Source: Anaerolineae bacterium (GTDB taxonomy: Bacteria; Chloroflexota; Anaerolineae; Anaerolineales; UBA4823). Taken from it: a stretch of 64,000 nt of DNA. The notes below the pieces were generated by a model. That model saw nothing but the letters and a program-made list of their open reading frames with translations, was not told the DNA's origin and searched no databases. The stretch covers positions 8,620 to 72,619 of the forward strand of contig JBFYSV010000202.1 in the NCBI GenBank assembly GCA_041301185.1, written 5' to 3'. Made by a program: the position numbers and the translations under genes. Positions 44,491 through 54,323 of the stretch are shown in pieces (the first letter of the stretch is position 1; each line of letters starts with the position of its first letter).

Positions 44491-46074
44491 TTATCCCCCA
44501 AGCCTTACTTGAGCAAGTATTGCGACGAACAAAACTACAAATAAGAGTGCCCATAAGATACCCCCATCTCCTTCTAAGATATTGATTGCAAGATGGATCA
44601 CTCTACCCATGGCAAAATAGACTCCCCATAGAAAACGATATACCCATTCCAACGAGAAGAAACGGACCACAAAAATCCCGGCAGAATGGATAGTCCGGGC
44701 TATAGTCTCTCGCTTACGCAGCTGTAGCGCAAGCAGCACCCATATCCCGCAAAGTACAGCAATAACCAGGCCTGGCAACCCAGATGCCAGGCTCAAGGGC
44801 ATATCCCGCTCAAACCAGCCAACTAAGATCAATACACCAGGTAATAAAACCAATCCCCAGGGATAGATGATCCAAACAAATCTGTCCATAGCAATCTGTT
44901 TAGGAAGGGGTTTAAAGGCCTGGTACACATACCCAACCAGGAACACGGATTGAGCAATAAGAAATAAAACCAACGCTGGATGGAACCCCGGCACATACAG
45001 ATACACGCCATTCCAGATAGGCAAATACGGGAGGCTGGATAATCCCAACACCCCAATAGCCGGGAGAATGAGCAAATATTTTTGCCGCAATGACATAAGA
45101 AATACTACGCTGCCGGACAAGATTGTGACGATTCCCCATGCAAGGCCTGCGGATGGTTGGGCTCGAATGGTTGAGGCAACAACGAAGGATGCCAATCCCA
45201 GGATCCAATACGGTCGCCCTTCTACTTCATCTGGAGCATTTACCCACGCAATGGATGAATAGATTGCCGCAAACCCACTCAGCAAGAGCAAGATCAGGGT
45301 CATGTTCTGTGGGACTCCGACCTCAGCAGTACGAACCAGCAAGATCATGCTGGCGCCAGCTGCCACCAGTCGGGAAATCGTGCCCAAATTTCGCCGGGTT
45401 GCATATTCTCTGCGTAAGGGCTGGTGCATCGGCAGCACGCCTAAACGTAGACCGGCTGCAAGCAACAGGAAAATACTCACCTGGATTGGAATATTGGAAA
45501 AATCCAGATTTTGACCTAAACTACGGGTATAGATCATCGACCACACTAACAACATCGTTCCAGCGAGCCGCGTTGAAAATGAAATAATCACCCGTTCTCG
45601 ATCTTTGCTGCCCGGAAGTTGACCCAACAAAATTACCATTTCAGCCAGATCAATCGCCATCCACAGGAGAAGTAGCGTCATCGGATTGCCAGCTTGTACT
45701 GCCAGAACGCCAAGCGCTCCCAACACAAGGGCGCCGAACCAAATTGACCAATTGGCTTCGTTTGCCCTGATCACATCGGTCAATATTGCCGATAAAACCA
45801 AAGTAGCCAGTGCCAAAGCAAACGGCCAAGAATATTCGTCCACCAGCAAGGTGGGTGAGTATTCCGAAATCCACCCAGGGCGCCAGTTAAACATCATAAT
45901 CGATTGCGGGATATTACTGCGCGAAATAAGGACAAAAGGCCATGCAATCAAGGCTCCTAAAGCAGCAACAACCCAGGTGTAAGCGAATCCTGGTCTTATC
46001 ACTCGGATAAGCACGAGAATGATGGCAAATACAAGAAGAACTACAACAGAAATAATTGGAAAATAGGCAACCAT
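44491..46074 (-). CDS. Highly divergent NuoL/MrpA-like polytopic membrane protein
   Basis: 527-aa ORF. 'PTLLVDEYSWPFALALATLV' resembles the N-terminal 'DxLS' region of antiporter-like subunits. 'AAGLRLGVLPMHQPL' occupies the position of 'GKSAQxPxHxWLP', so Lys and Trp are not conserved. Confidence 0.45.
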   Translation of the reverse strand: MVAYFPIISVVVLLVFAIILVLIRVIRPGFAYTWVVAALGALIAWPFVLISRSNIPQSIMMFNWRPGWISEYSPTLLVDEYSWPFALALATLVLSAILTDVIRANEANWSIWFGALVLGALGVLAVQAGNPMTLLLLWMAIDLAEMVILLGQLPGSKDRERVIISFSTRLAGTMLLVWSMIYTRSLGQNLDFSNIPIQVSIFLLLAAGLRLGVLPMHQPLRREYATRRNLGTISRLVAAGASMILLVRTAEVGVPQNMTLILLLLSGFAAIYSSIAWVNAPDEVEGRPYWILGLASFVVASTIRAQPSAGLAWGIVTILSGSVVFLMSLRQKYLLILPAIGVLGLSSLPYLPIWNGVYLYVPGFHPALVLFLIAQSVFLVGYVYQAFKPLPKQIAMDRFVWIIYPWGLVLLPGVLILVGWFERDMPLSLASGLPGLVIAVLCGIWVLLALQLRKRETIARTIHSAGIFVVRFFSLEWVYRFLWGVYFAMGRVIHLAINILEGDGGILWALLFVVLFVAILAQVRLGG

Positions 46075-46140
46075 TGATAGGTGCGGAGCTGCTGCTGCCT
46101 GGTCATTTTCTACTGGATGAGTTGATTGTACCCTAATTAC

Positions 46141-47562
46141 TCATACCAAAACAGCACCAGTCGAGCGTTGCAGATACTGACCCATGCCCGCTTTACCCAG
46201 CCATCTCCCCTGATCAACAATCAGGTTGCCTCTTAAAAACACCTTCTCTGGGTAGCCCACCAGTTCCCAGCCTTCGAACAGATTGTAATCCGTACGATGT
46301 TGGGCATACGCGATTCCATATTTCAGGCTTTTGTCAGGGTCCCAAATGACAATATCAGCATCAGATCCAGGTATGATAGAGCCTTTTCGCGGATAGATTC
46401 CAAATATCTTCGCCGGGTTTGTGCTGGTGAGGGCGACAAACTGATTGGGGGAGATGCGCCCCGCTCGGACACCATAGGTCCATAGAATCGGTAGGCGGTC
46501 GCCGACACCAGGCAGCCCGTTGGGAATTTTCGAAAAATCATCGGCGCCTAACTCCTTGCCTGGGATTGCCACAGCTTCTCCCTCATAGATGATTGCCTGA
46601 TTACCCTGGTAAAAGAAGGGGCAATGATCTGTGCCAATCGCCTGTATCGTACCATCTGCAAGGCCTTGCCATAGCCTCTGGTTGTCCTCAACTGTCCTCA
46701 TTGGAGGCGAGCATATCCACTTCGCCCCATCCGGACGCTTGAGGTGATCAACTGTAAAGAATAGGTAAGGGGGGCAGGTCTCGCCCATAATGGGCAAGCC
46801 TTTTTGGCGCATGTATTTAAGCTGGTCCACCTCACCCGCGACATTCATGTGCACGATATACAAAGGAGACTGCGCTTGGGCTGCCAGAGCTGCTGCTCGT
46901 AGAGAAGCTTCCACTGCCCCCCAGGCTGGCCTGGTGTGGGCGTGCCATTCTGGGGTTGAATGTCCAGCCTCCAGCGCCTCGGTAACCAGCACATCGATGA
47001 CATCACCATTTTCAGCATGGAGCATCGTGAGCAACCCCGATTCATTGGCTATGCGAAGAACACGAAATATTTCCCCATCCCCCAATCTCAAGCGATTATT
47101 ATATGCGGTAAAAACCTTCACTGAGGATATACCCATTCCTAACAGACCGGGGATTTCGGCAGCAACTTGCTGGTCATAACGGCTGATATTCATGTGAAAC
47201 CCGTAATCGATAGCCGCTTTGCGATCTGCCTTAGCATGCCAGGCTTCAACACTCTTAGCGAGACTCTCCCGATCTTGGGGAATAAAATCCATTACAGTTG
47301 TCGTCCCTCCAAAGGCTGCCGCCTTATGACCGCTATAATGATCATCTGAAGAGACCGTTCCAAACATCGGCAAATCGAAATGGGTATGCGGATCGATACC
47401 ACCAGGCATAATGATTTTCCCTCTGGCATCGATAATTTGTGAAGCGTCTATGGGTAGATTCACTCCAATTCGGGATATTTTTTCACCTTCGATATAGATA
47501 TCCGCAAAATAAGTTTCACTTGCGGTAATAATCTGACCACCTTTGATAAGCAATCCAGGCAT
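46141..47562 (-). CDS. Dihydropyrimidinase / D-hydantoinase
   Basis: The conserved N-terminus 'MPGLLIKGGQIIT' starts at 47562; the ORF is open to 47628. Motifs 'GGIDPHTHFDLP', 'SVKVFTAY' (carbamylated-Lys position), 'HAENG' and 'GTDHCPF' are present. Confidence 0.85.
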   Translation of the reverse strand: MPGLLIKGGQIITASETYFADIYIEGEKISRIGVNLPIDASQIIDARGKIIMPGGIDPHTHFDLPMFGTVSSDDHYSGHKAAAFGGTTTVMDFIPQDRESLAKSVEAWHAKADRKAAIDYGFHMNISRYDQQVAAEIPGLLGMGISSVKVFTAYNNRLRLGDGEIFRVLRIANESGLLTMLHAENGDVIDVLVTEALEAGHSTPEWHAHTRPAWGAVEASLRAAALAAQAQSPLYIVHMNVAGEVDQLKYMRQKGLPIMGETCPPYLFFTVDHLKRPDGAKWICSPPMRTVEDNQRLWQGLADGTIQAIGTDHCPFFYQGNQAIIYEGEAVAIPGKELGADDFSKIPNGLPGVGDRLPILWTYGVRAGRISPNQFVALTSTNPAKIFGIYPRKGSIIPGSDADIVIWDPDKSLKYGIAYAQHRTDYNLFEGWELVGYPEKVFLRGNLIVDQGRWLGKAGMGQYLQRSTGAVLV

Positions 47563-47640
47563 TTTATTACCTCGCGAGAAGAGATTGGTCACTGCTCGAT
47601 CACAAATGTAGTATAAAAACCCGTGCAATTACAAGTGCGG

Positions 47641-50127
47641 TTAGCGATAGACAACCGGCATAAATAAATAGTACCCGGCAGTATTTTCAACAACCGAGGT
47701 AGGGGTTGGGATGACTGGCTCGATATCCGAACCAGACTCCGCGGTTGCTGTCGGCATGGATGCAGGTAGAGTCATCGTTTCGACAGGCCCTGGCCTGGCG
47801 GACATAATTTGTGTACCGATGGGCTGTGACTGAGCTGATTTACCTATATCATCTCCAAAGCCAATCGCATACAACATGCCAGTATCCGTGGAAACATAGA
47901 GTCGATTGGGTACTAATGCTCCACCCAGGATGTTGGCGCCATCTCCCAGCTCATATTCCCAGAGCGGAGTCTGCGAACCTATCTCATACGCTTTACAGTT
48001 CACCCCAACATTAAAATTATCCGAACACACATAAGATCGCGATTGGCGATCAATGGCGATCAACTTGCTTTGCCTGTCAGGAGGTCGAAGATTATCGATT
48101 ATCTTACTGGTATTATCCAGCCACACCAGGCGCGTGTCAAAGTATTCGCCTGAGTAGAATAACCAGATGGTATCCCCAGGTGTGGCACCTTGATCATAAG
48201 GTGGCACAATCGCTTGATTCTCATAATTCCAGGTAATAACGGGATCAACTTTGACACCATCTTCAGTCAATACCCAACCGTAGACTTCATGACTTGTTCG
48301 GAGATAAGATTTCAGATTTGCTCCGGTAAAAAACGCCGGCAGGGAGAATTGCATCTCTTCAAGCGGCAGACCCCGCAATGCCAACCTGGCCCCATTACTC
48401 GCCGCCAGGGCTGCTGCATCCAGAAAAATATAGGCTTCTCCTGCGCTTAACACCGGCGGTTTATCCAAGTAGCCATCATAGGCAAATGCTAACCACAAAG
48501 CTTCTCCTTCTGGTGACACTGCCTGGATTGAATCAAGCCGGGTGTAGTAGATCGTCCCGTTGGAAGCTACGATCGGTCCGGAGGTTGCCTCCCTGCCATT
48601 CTGTGGCGTAAAGCGCCATAAAAACTTCCCGAAAGAATCATAGGCGGATAGCCCACCCTTGGCATCAGCAACATAGATTTCACCACCAGGTCCAAGCGCC
48701 GGCCAGCCGACGGGGTGTTCTTGCAGATTAGCCTGCCAGACATCTTGACCCGAGGCGTCAAGCGCAATCAGTCGCTGATCAACAGTTGTCAGGTATAAAT
48801 TTCCTTCGGACGAAACGACCGGACCACCCACCAGCCCACCTTCAACAGAATAAATCCAGGCAATTGAGGCATCTTTGGGCCCATCGGCGGGTGTCCAGCG
48901 CGTGCCTTGTGCATCGTGATGCATCGTTGCCCATAAATGCCCACCAGGGACTGAGAGCCATTGTTGCTCGCTGGCTGGAGTAACCTGCGAGCGCCCATTC
49001 CACCACATCGTCCACCCGCCCAAAATCAGAATAAAAAGCGCAGCCATACCCAGTTCACGGGTGTGCGCTTCGAAGAAATCCGAAGCAGGCTGGGAGATGT
49101 TCTCCTCCAGCCATTCGCCAGCCTTCCCCCCGATCAATTGCCTGCCGCGATAACCTGATCTTAGCTTACGTACATGCTGAATGCGTAAGCCTTCTCCGAG
49201 TAAATTAAACCCAAGGATGGTTAGGAATATAAAAGTGCCGATAACAATCAATCCAAGCGGTTTGACTAAGGAGACCAAAGCGGTGGAAAGCATCTGCCCA
49301 AGCTCTGGCAGGCCAGTGGTATTCACTGAGACGAAATCAGAAACCTCGATCCATACCCCACCACCCATAAAATACCCAAGAAAACCGAGCTCGGAGATCA
49401 CGAATATGGTCGCGCTGACTTCAAATGCCAACAGCATCCACACCAGAGGAGATATCTGTGGAATCACATGCTTATATAACACTCGCCATCCAGATGCACC
49501 CAAAGCCTGGGCAGCTTCAATGAAGACCTGTCCCCTCAATCCACGTGTTTGTGTAGATATGATCCTGGCTGTTTCTGCCCACCCGGTAAGTGCCAGTCCG
49601 AATACGAACGCCCAAATACCCTTTTCGACACCGATGGCAGTGATACCCATCAGTGCTACGATCAGGATTGGGATCGATAATGCGATAAAAAGGATAGTGT
49701 CCAGGATTTTTCCTTTAACACCAGTTGACCAGCCAATCAAAAAACCTAGCAAAACCCCAAGAATCAGACGGGTAACTGCAACAATACCAACTATTATCAA
49801 CGTCGGGCGCACCCCCCACAGGATCCTGCTGAGCATGTCCCTTCCGAACTGGTCAGTTCCTAGGGGATAATCTGGTAGAGCTAGTGGCGCATACGGCGGG
49901 CTGACGATTCTCCCGTCGATAGTTAATGCGTAATTTTCCTGCATTGGGTCCTGCGGAGCCCATCTCGGACCCCAGATTGCGATCAGCAAGATAAACAAGC
50001 TGATGAATCCGCCCATAATTAACGGCCAATTCATCTGGCGGAAAGAATGTAAGAAACCACCACTATGGGGCAGGTTATCTACTACTGTCCCGGTATTTTG
50101 TGCGCTGATCCCTTGAATTCCGGCCAT
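47641..50127 (-). CDS. OppC/DppC-type ABC permease fused to an extra TM helix and a C-terminal PQQ-like beta-propeller domain
   Basis: 828-aa ORF. Residues 1-~325 form the permease ('PLGTDQFGRDMLSRILWG', EAA-like 'IEAAQALGASGWRVLYKHVIP'). An extra hydrophobic helix spans aa ~359-376. Residues ~390-770 carry repeated 'L.A.D..G...W' blades ('LIALDASGQDVW','LSAYDSFGKFLW','IQAVSPEGEALW'). Confidence 0.8.
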   Translation of the reverse strand: MAGIQGISAQNTGTVVDNLPHSGGFLHSFRQMNWPLIMGGFISLFILLIAIWGPRWAPQDPMQENYALTIDGRIVSPPYAPLALPDYPLGTDQFGRDMLSRILWGVRPTLIIVGIVAVTRLILGVLLGFLIGWSTGVKGKILDTILFIALSIPILIVALMGITAIGVEKGIWAFVFGLALTGWAETARIISTQTRGLRGQVFIEAAQALGASGWRVLYKHVIPQISPLVWMLLAFEVSATIFVISELGFLGYFMGGGVWIEVSDFVSVNTTGLPELGQMLSTALVSLVKPLGLIVIGTFIFLTILGFNLLGEGLRIQHVRKLRSGYRGRQLIGGKAGEWLEENISQPASDFFEAHTRELGMAALFILILGGWTMWWNGRSQVTPASEQQWLSVPGGHLWATMHHDAQGTRWTPADGPKDASIAWIYSVEGGLVGGPVVSSEGNLYLTTVDQRLIALDASGQDVWQANLQEHPVGWPALGPGGEIYVADAKGGLSAYDSFGKFLWRFTPQNGREATSGPIVASNGTIYYTRLDSIQAVSPEGEALWLAFAYDGYLDKPPVLSAGEAYIFLDAAALAASNGARLALRGLPLEEMQFSLPAFFTGANLKSYLRTSHEVYGWVLTEDGVKVDPVITWNYENQAIVPPYDQGATPGDTIWLFYSGEYFDTRLVWLDNTSKIIDNLRPPDRQSKLIAIDRQSRSYVCSDNFNVGVNCKAYEIGSQTPLWEYELGDGANILGGALVPNRLYVSTDTGMLYAIGFGDDIGKSAQSQPIGTQIMSARPGPVETMTLPASMPTATAESGSDIEPVIPTPTSVVENTAGYYLFMPVVYR

Positions 50128-51050
50128 TAACCTGACTGCCTTGGATCATAATACCTGACGAGAATCCCGGCAAAGAAGTCCGATAATAGAAAAACTGCTG
50201 CCAAAATCGTCAGTAAAGCTGCCAGTAGAGGCGGGAAAAGGAAGATGTCAGACCGGTTGGTTAACACCAAGGTAGAAGAAAACAGCCGACCGATACCAGG
50301 CCAATCGAACAGCCTTTCAACGATGATTAACTCGGCAATCATCAAGCGCAGAGAAGCCACGATTGTGATGATCACTGCCGCCAGGACATTGCGAAACGCA
50401 AGCCTCTTGCGGATGGCCTGCATGGTATGGCCAAAGCTGCGCGCAGCAACAACGTATTGTTTGTCCATTTCCCCCGCCAACATCGTAGATGTGATCTGAG
50501 CAATCTTAACCGTAGGCAATACCATTAATGCCAGGGTAGGTAGAACTAGATGAGCGTCGATACCATATCCTTGAAACGGGAAGAGCGGAGTCGCGTCTGG
50601 GCCCCAAATCACATATACAATCGAGAGGGCTATCAGCACGATTCCAATGTAATAACTGGGAGATGCCAGCCCGATGGTGATCATCCCGGTCAGCCAGGAA
50701 GACACTTTGGGAGGGGCGATCCGCACGGCGCTAAATCCGAGCACTAAACCCAGCCCAATACTCGCCAGTAAAGCCAGGGCCAGCAACCACAGGCTGGCAA
50801 TACCTGCCCGAACAATTATTTCCAGGATACTGCCCCCTTGCGGAAGAACGCCAAAATCGAATTGCAAGACACCTTTTAGGTACTCGAAATATTGGGGGAA
50901 AACGGGTGAGATAGAAAAATTACCAAATGTATACGGGTTACGAGCCAGCTGAATGGGGCTGATGTAGTATGCATAAGCATAACCAACAAAATTAGCAATC
51001 AGCAATGCTAGCGGAAATATGATTATTCGCTGCAGGATATATCTTAGCAT
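50127..51050 (-). CDS. OppB/DppB-type ABC transporter permease
   Basis: 307-aa ORF with N-terminus 'MLRYILQRIIIFPLALLIANFV' and an EAA loop region 'YVVAARSFGHTMQAIRKRLAFRN'. Its stop overlaps the oppC-like start (TAATG). Confidence 0.85.
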   Translation of the reverse strand: MLRYILQRIIIFPLALLIANFVGYAYAYYISPIQLARNPYTFGNFSISPVFPQYFEYLKGVLQFDFGVLPQGGSILEIIVRAGIASLWLLALALLASIGLGLVLGFSAVRIAPPKVSSWLTGMITIGLASPSYYIGIVLIALSIVYVIWGPDATPLFPFQGYGIDAHLVLPTLALMVLPTVKIAQITSTMLAGEMDKQYVVAARSFGHTMQAIRKRLAFRNVLAAVIITIVASLRLMIAELIIVERLFDWPGIGRLFSSTLVLTNRSDIFLFPPLLAALLTILAAVFLLSDFFAGILVRYYDPRQSG

Positions 51051-51223
51051 CGATAATACTCCAAGGAATCAATTCGTGGGAGTATTCCATGAGTATCAAA
51101 CCACCCGGACTGTTTCCATCCAGAAATCATGTGAATTCGTTTGGACTATATAGGAATACCAATTCACATCCGGATTAGTTCATCTTTGGGAGAATTTATA
51201 GTCTCCCACTATCTGCGTTAATA

Positions 51224-51808
51224 TCACGCCGATTCATCCGGCTGAATAATCTCTTGTAAACCCAACATTGCAGCCAGAAATGCGGGATCTAAGTCAGGCT
51301 CGGGCATATCCTGAGTATGATATGCCTGGCTCCGGTTAGCACGCTCGCGCAAAGCCTGCCAGAGCAATCGGCGTTCATCGGTATGAACAATCAAATCATT
51401 GACTGTTTTTGCCGCTAGCAAATATTCACCGGTCGTGTAGAAAAAAGTGATCCGCCGCCAGCTCTTCGCCAGGATAGGCTGAGGCAAGTTGGCTAGCGGA
51501 CCTAATTCGATTTTATAATATTCCAGATTAGCGTTTGGGTGGTCGGTCTCGTCGCGCAGCAACTCAGCCCGGGTGGTTAGCTCATGACCGCGGACTGGTG
51601 CAACATATTGGATACACCATTTTTCTGCATCAAATGCGCCTGTTTGGTAAAAAGCCAGGTAATCGACAGCAATTACCTTTGGAGCACTCCTTAGGGGAAT
51701 GCGATACCAACCCAGCAAGCGCGCAATCTCAAGATCGCGCGGATTGTTCATTACCGCAACTAAGATCAGCGCGGTAGCTGCAGGTAAACCTGGCGATTCC
51801 TGGCTCAT
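51224..51808 (-). CDS. Conserved-looking hypothetical protein
   Basis: 194-aa ORF with good coding appearance ('LGWYRIPLRSAPK','DYLAFYQTG','RRITFFYTTGE'). I cannot assign it to a family. Confidence 0.45.
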   Translation of the reverse strand: MSQESPGLPAATALILVAVMNNPRDLEIARLLGWYRIPLRSAPKVIAVDYLAFYQTGAFDAEKWCIQYVAPVRGHELTTRAELLRDETDHPNANLEYYKIELGPLANLPQPILAKSWRRITFFYTTGEYLLAAKTVNDLIVHTDERRLLWQALRERANRSQAYHTQDMPEPDLDPAFLAAMLGLQEIIQPDESA

Positions 51809-51825
51809 TTACCTCGGCAAATTAA

Positions 51826-53292
51826 TTATAAGAGACCGACGTCTCGGTTGAACGCCTCAATCAGCTCGTCAATCTCTTGAACCTGGTTCTGCACATCTAC
51901 CCAATAATCCTGCTCATACCACTGAGCAAGTATCTCTTCGTATGTTTTCCCTTGTTGTTCAACCCAGGTAAAATACTTCAAATTGTGGACACGCCGGCGG
52001 TCAACATAGCTTAATTCAAGCATATGATCGGTTGATATTCCCTTGAGGTATTCAGCATGGTGGCTGGCTGCATCCAGTGTTGTGTAATCGCCGAGTTCGG
52101 AGTGCATTTCGCGTAATCGGCTACTGTACAATTCCATCGAGTCGGTCAATACCGTTAGTACAATATCATTCTCGCCCAACTCGTAATATTTCGCCATCTT
52201 GACCGCTGAGAGAACATTCGAAATTCCGGAGAAACCCATCAAATCCAACCGAGACACAATTGCTTCGGGCACACCTTGCTTGACCAGGTACTCCTTGCCG
52301 GCAGGCTCATTAAACAGGCGGGCAAGATTCACCACTGCATTATCATCGATAGCTACGATTATGTCGGTGTTTTTGGAATTGTGAATCCAGGGAACATGCT
52401 TGTCTCCAATCCCCTCGATCCGGTGGGCACCAAAACCATTCTCCAACAAGGTTGGACACTGTAAGGCTTCGCTGGCTATGATTTTGCTAGCCGGGAATAG
52501 TTGTTTCATGTAATCGCCGCTGGCAATTGTCCCAGCCGACCCGGTCGCCGAGACTATGCCCCGGAATTGATCCCGCGGCCCCAATTCCCGGTTGAGCACT
52601 TCCTGCATGGCATGCCCGGTCACTTCATAATGCCACAGATAGTTACCAAGCTCATCGAACTGGTTGAAAATCATAAGGTCTTCCCCGGAGTTGCGTAATT
52701 CCCAGCATTTATCAAAGATTTCTTTGACATTGGATTCACTTCCGGGTGTTGCAATCACTTCGCCAGCAATCTTTGATAGCCACTCGAATCGCTCGCGGCT
52801 CATCCCCTCCGGCAAGATAGCGATGGACTCGCAAGCTAAGAGAGCCGAGTCATACGCTCCTCCCCGGCAGTAGTTACCAGTCGAGGGCCAAACAGCTTTC
52901 TGGACAGTAGGATCAAACTGACCGGTAACCAGGCGAGGAACCAGGCATCCAAAAGCCGCTCCTACTTTATGCGCTCCGGTGGGGAACCATTTACCTACCA
53001 GCACGATAATTCTGGCAGATGTCCCGGTCAAGCTGCTAGGAAGCTCTAAATAATTTACTCCCCCGTACCCGCCACCATGAGGTACTGGCTCGTTCTTCCA
53101 GGTTATCCGAAACAGATTGTACGGACTCACATCCCACAAGCCAATATTACTCAACCTGTCTTTAATGGATGCTGGAATCAATGCGGGATCCTTCATCTGC
53201 GCGAAAGTAGGGATGATGATATTCCTCTCCCGCGCTCTTTGTACTACGTTCTTCCGCCGCTCGTGATCAATTGATAAATCGATGGTAGTCAT
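51826..53292 (-). CDS. Fold-type II (tryptophan-synthase-beta-like) PLP-dependent enzyme, specificity unknown
   Basis: 488-aa ORF with a candidate PLP-Lys in 'PTGAHKVGAAFG' and a Gly-rich phosphate loop 'SATGSAGTIASG'. A long C-terminal helical extension follows. Confidence 0.65.
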   Translation of the reverse strand: MTTIDLSIDHERRKNVVQRARERNIIIPTFAQMKDPALIPASIKDRLSNIGLWDVSPYNLFRITWKNEPVPHGGGYGGVNYLELPSSLTGTSARIIVLVGKWFPTGAHKVGAAFGCLVPRLVTGQFDPTVQKAVWPSTGNYCRGGAYDSALLACESIAILPEGMSRERFEWLSKIAGEVIATPGSESNVKEIFDKCWELRNSGEDLMIFNQFDELGNYLWHYEVTGHAMQEVLNRELGPRDQFRGIVSATGSAGTIASGDYMKQLFPASKIIASEALQCPTLLENGFGAHRIEGIGDKHVPWIHNSKNTDIIVAIDDNAVVNLARLFNEPAGKEYLVKQGVPEAIVSRLDLMGFSGISNVLSAVKMAKYYELGENDIVLTVLTDSMELYSSRLREMHSELGDYTTLDAASHHAEYLKGISTDHMLELSYVDRRRVHNLKYFTWVEQQGKTYEEILAQWYEQDYWVDVQNQVQEIDELIEAFNRDVGLL

Positions 53293-53377
53293 TCTATGTA
53301 TAATCTCCTCATGCTAATTATGGATAAATTTCAGAGTTAAATTGCATGGCTCATGACATCTTTAAATACATTCAACA

Positions 53378-54319
53378 TCACACCTCTTCAGCAGGTGCTT
53401 CACAGACGATATATAACGGTCTTCCTCGCGCCTCATCATATAACCTTCCTATGTATTCCCCCAGGATACCCAATGATATAAGCTGGACCCCTCCAAGGAA
53501 TAGCACTGCAATCAGCGTTGTCGCCTGACCTGCAAACGCCTCCTGGGTACCGGTGATGCGCATCGCAGCTACGACGGGGATCGCCAAAATACTCAATCCC
53601 GCCGAGATAAACCCCAAATAGGTGGCTACCTGTAATGGTAGATACGAAAAACTGGTGATAGCATCCCAGGCGAACTTGAACATCTTCTTAAACGGGTACT
53701 TCGTCTCTCCAGCAAAACGAGCTGCCCGGCGATACTCCACCCCGGTCTGCTTGAATCCGACCCAGACTGACATACCGCGCAAGAATCGGTGCCGTTCCCG
53801 CATCTGCTTGAGCACGTCAACCACCTTTCGGTCAAGCAGACGGAAATCGCCAGTATCCAGCGGAATCTTCACATCGGTTATTCTGTATATGATCCGGTAA
53901 AAGACTGAGGCAGTAACCAGCTTAAACCAGCTTTCTCCTTCCCGCTCAGCGCGGACAGCGTAGACAACCTCGTACCCCTCCCGCCACTTAGCAATCAAAT
54001 CAAGGATCACTTCGGGTGGATCTTGGAGATCAGCATCAATAATTACGGTAGTCTTTCCGCGGGCATAGTCCAGACCAGCAGTTACCGCAAGCTGGTGGCC
54101 AAAATTGCGGGCAAAGATTACCGGGCGGATGCGATTATCTGCAACGGCAATTTGCCGGATAAGCTCGGTTGATCCGTCCGTTGAACCATCGTCAATCAAC
54201 AACAATTCCCAGCTATCACCGCTGGAGTCCATTGTCTCTTTAACCCGGCGATACAGTTCGGGCAAAGTTTGGTTTTCATTATAAATTGGAGCGATGATTG
54301 AGTGGATTGGCGTTCCCAT
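53378..54319 (-). CDS. Family-2 glycosyltransferase, polyprenyl-phosphate sugar transferase type (GtrB/ArnC/DPM1-like)
   Basis: 313-aa ORF with 'IIAPIYNE', 'LLIDDGSTD', 'DADLQDPPE' and two C-terminal TM helices. Confidence 0.85.
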   Translation of the reverse strand: MGTPIHSIIAPIYNENQTLPELYRRVKETMDSSGDSWELLLIDDGSTDGSTELIRQIAVADNRIRPVIFARNFGHQLAVTAGLDYARGKTTVIIDADLQDPPEVILDLIAKWREGYEVVYAVRAEREGESWFKLVTASVFYRIIYRITDVKIPLDTGDFRLLDRKVVDVLKQMRERHRFLRGMSVWVGFKQTGVEYRRAARFAGETKYPFKKMFKFAWDAITSFSYLPLQVATYLGFISAGLSILAIPVVAAMRITGTQEAFAGQATTLIAVLFLGGVQLISLGILGEYIGRLYDEARGRPLYIVCEAPAEEV

Positions 54320-54323
54320 ACAC

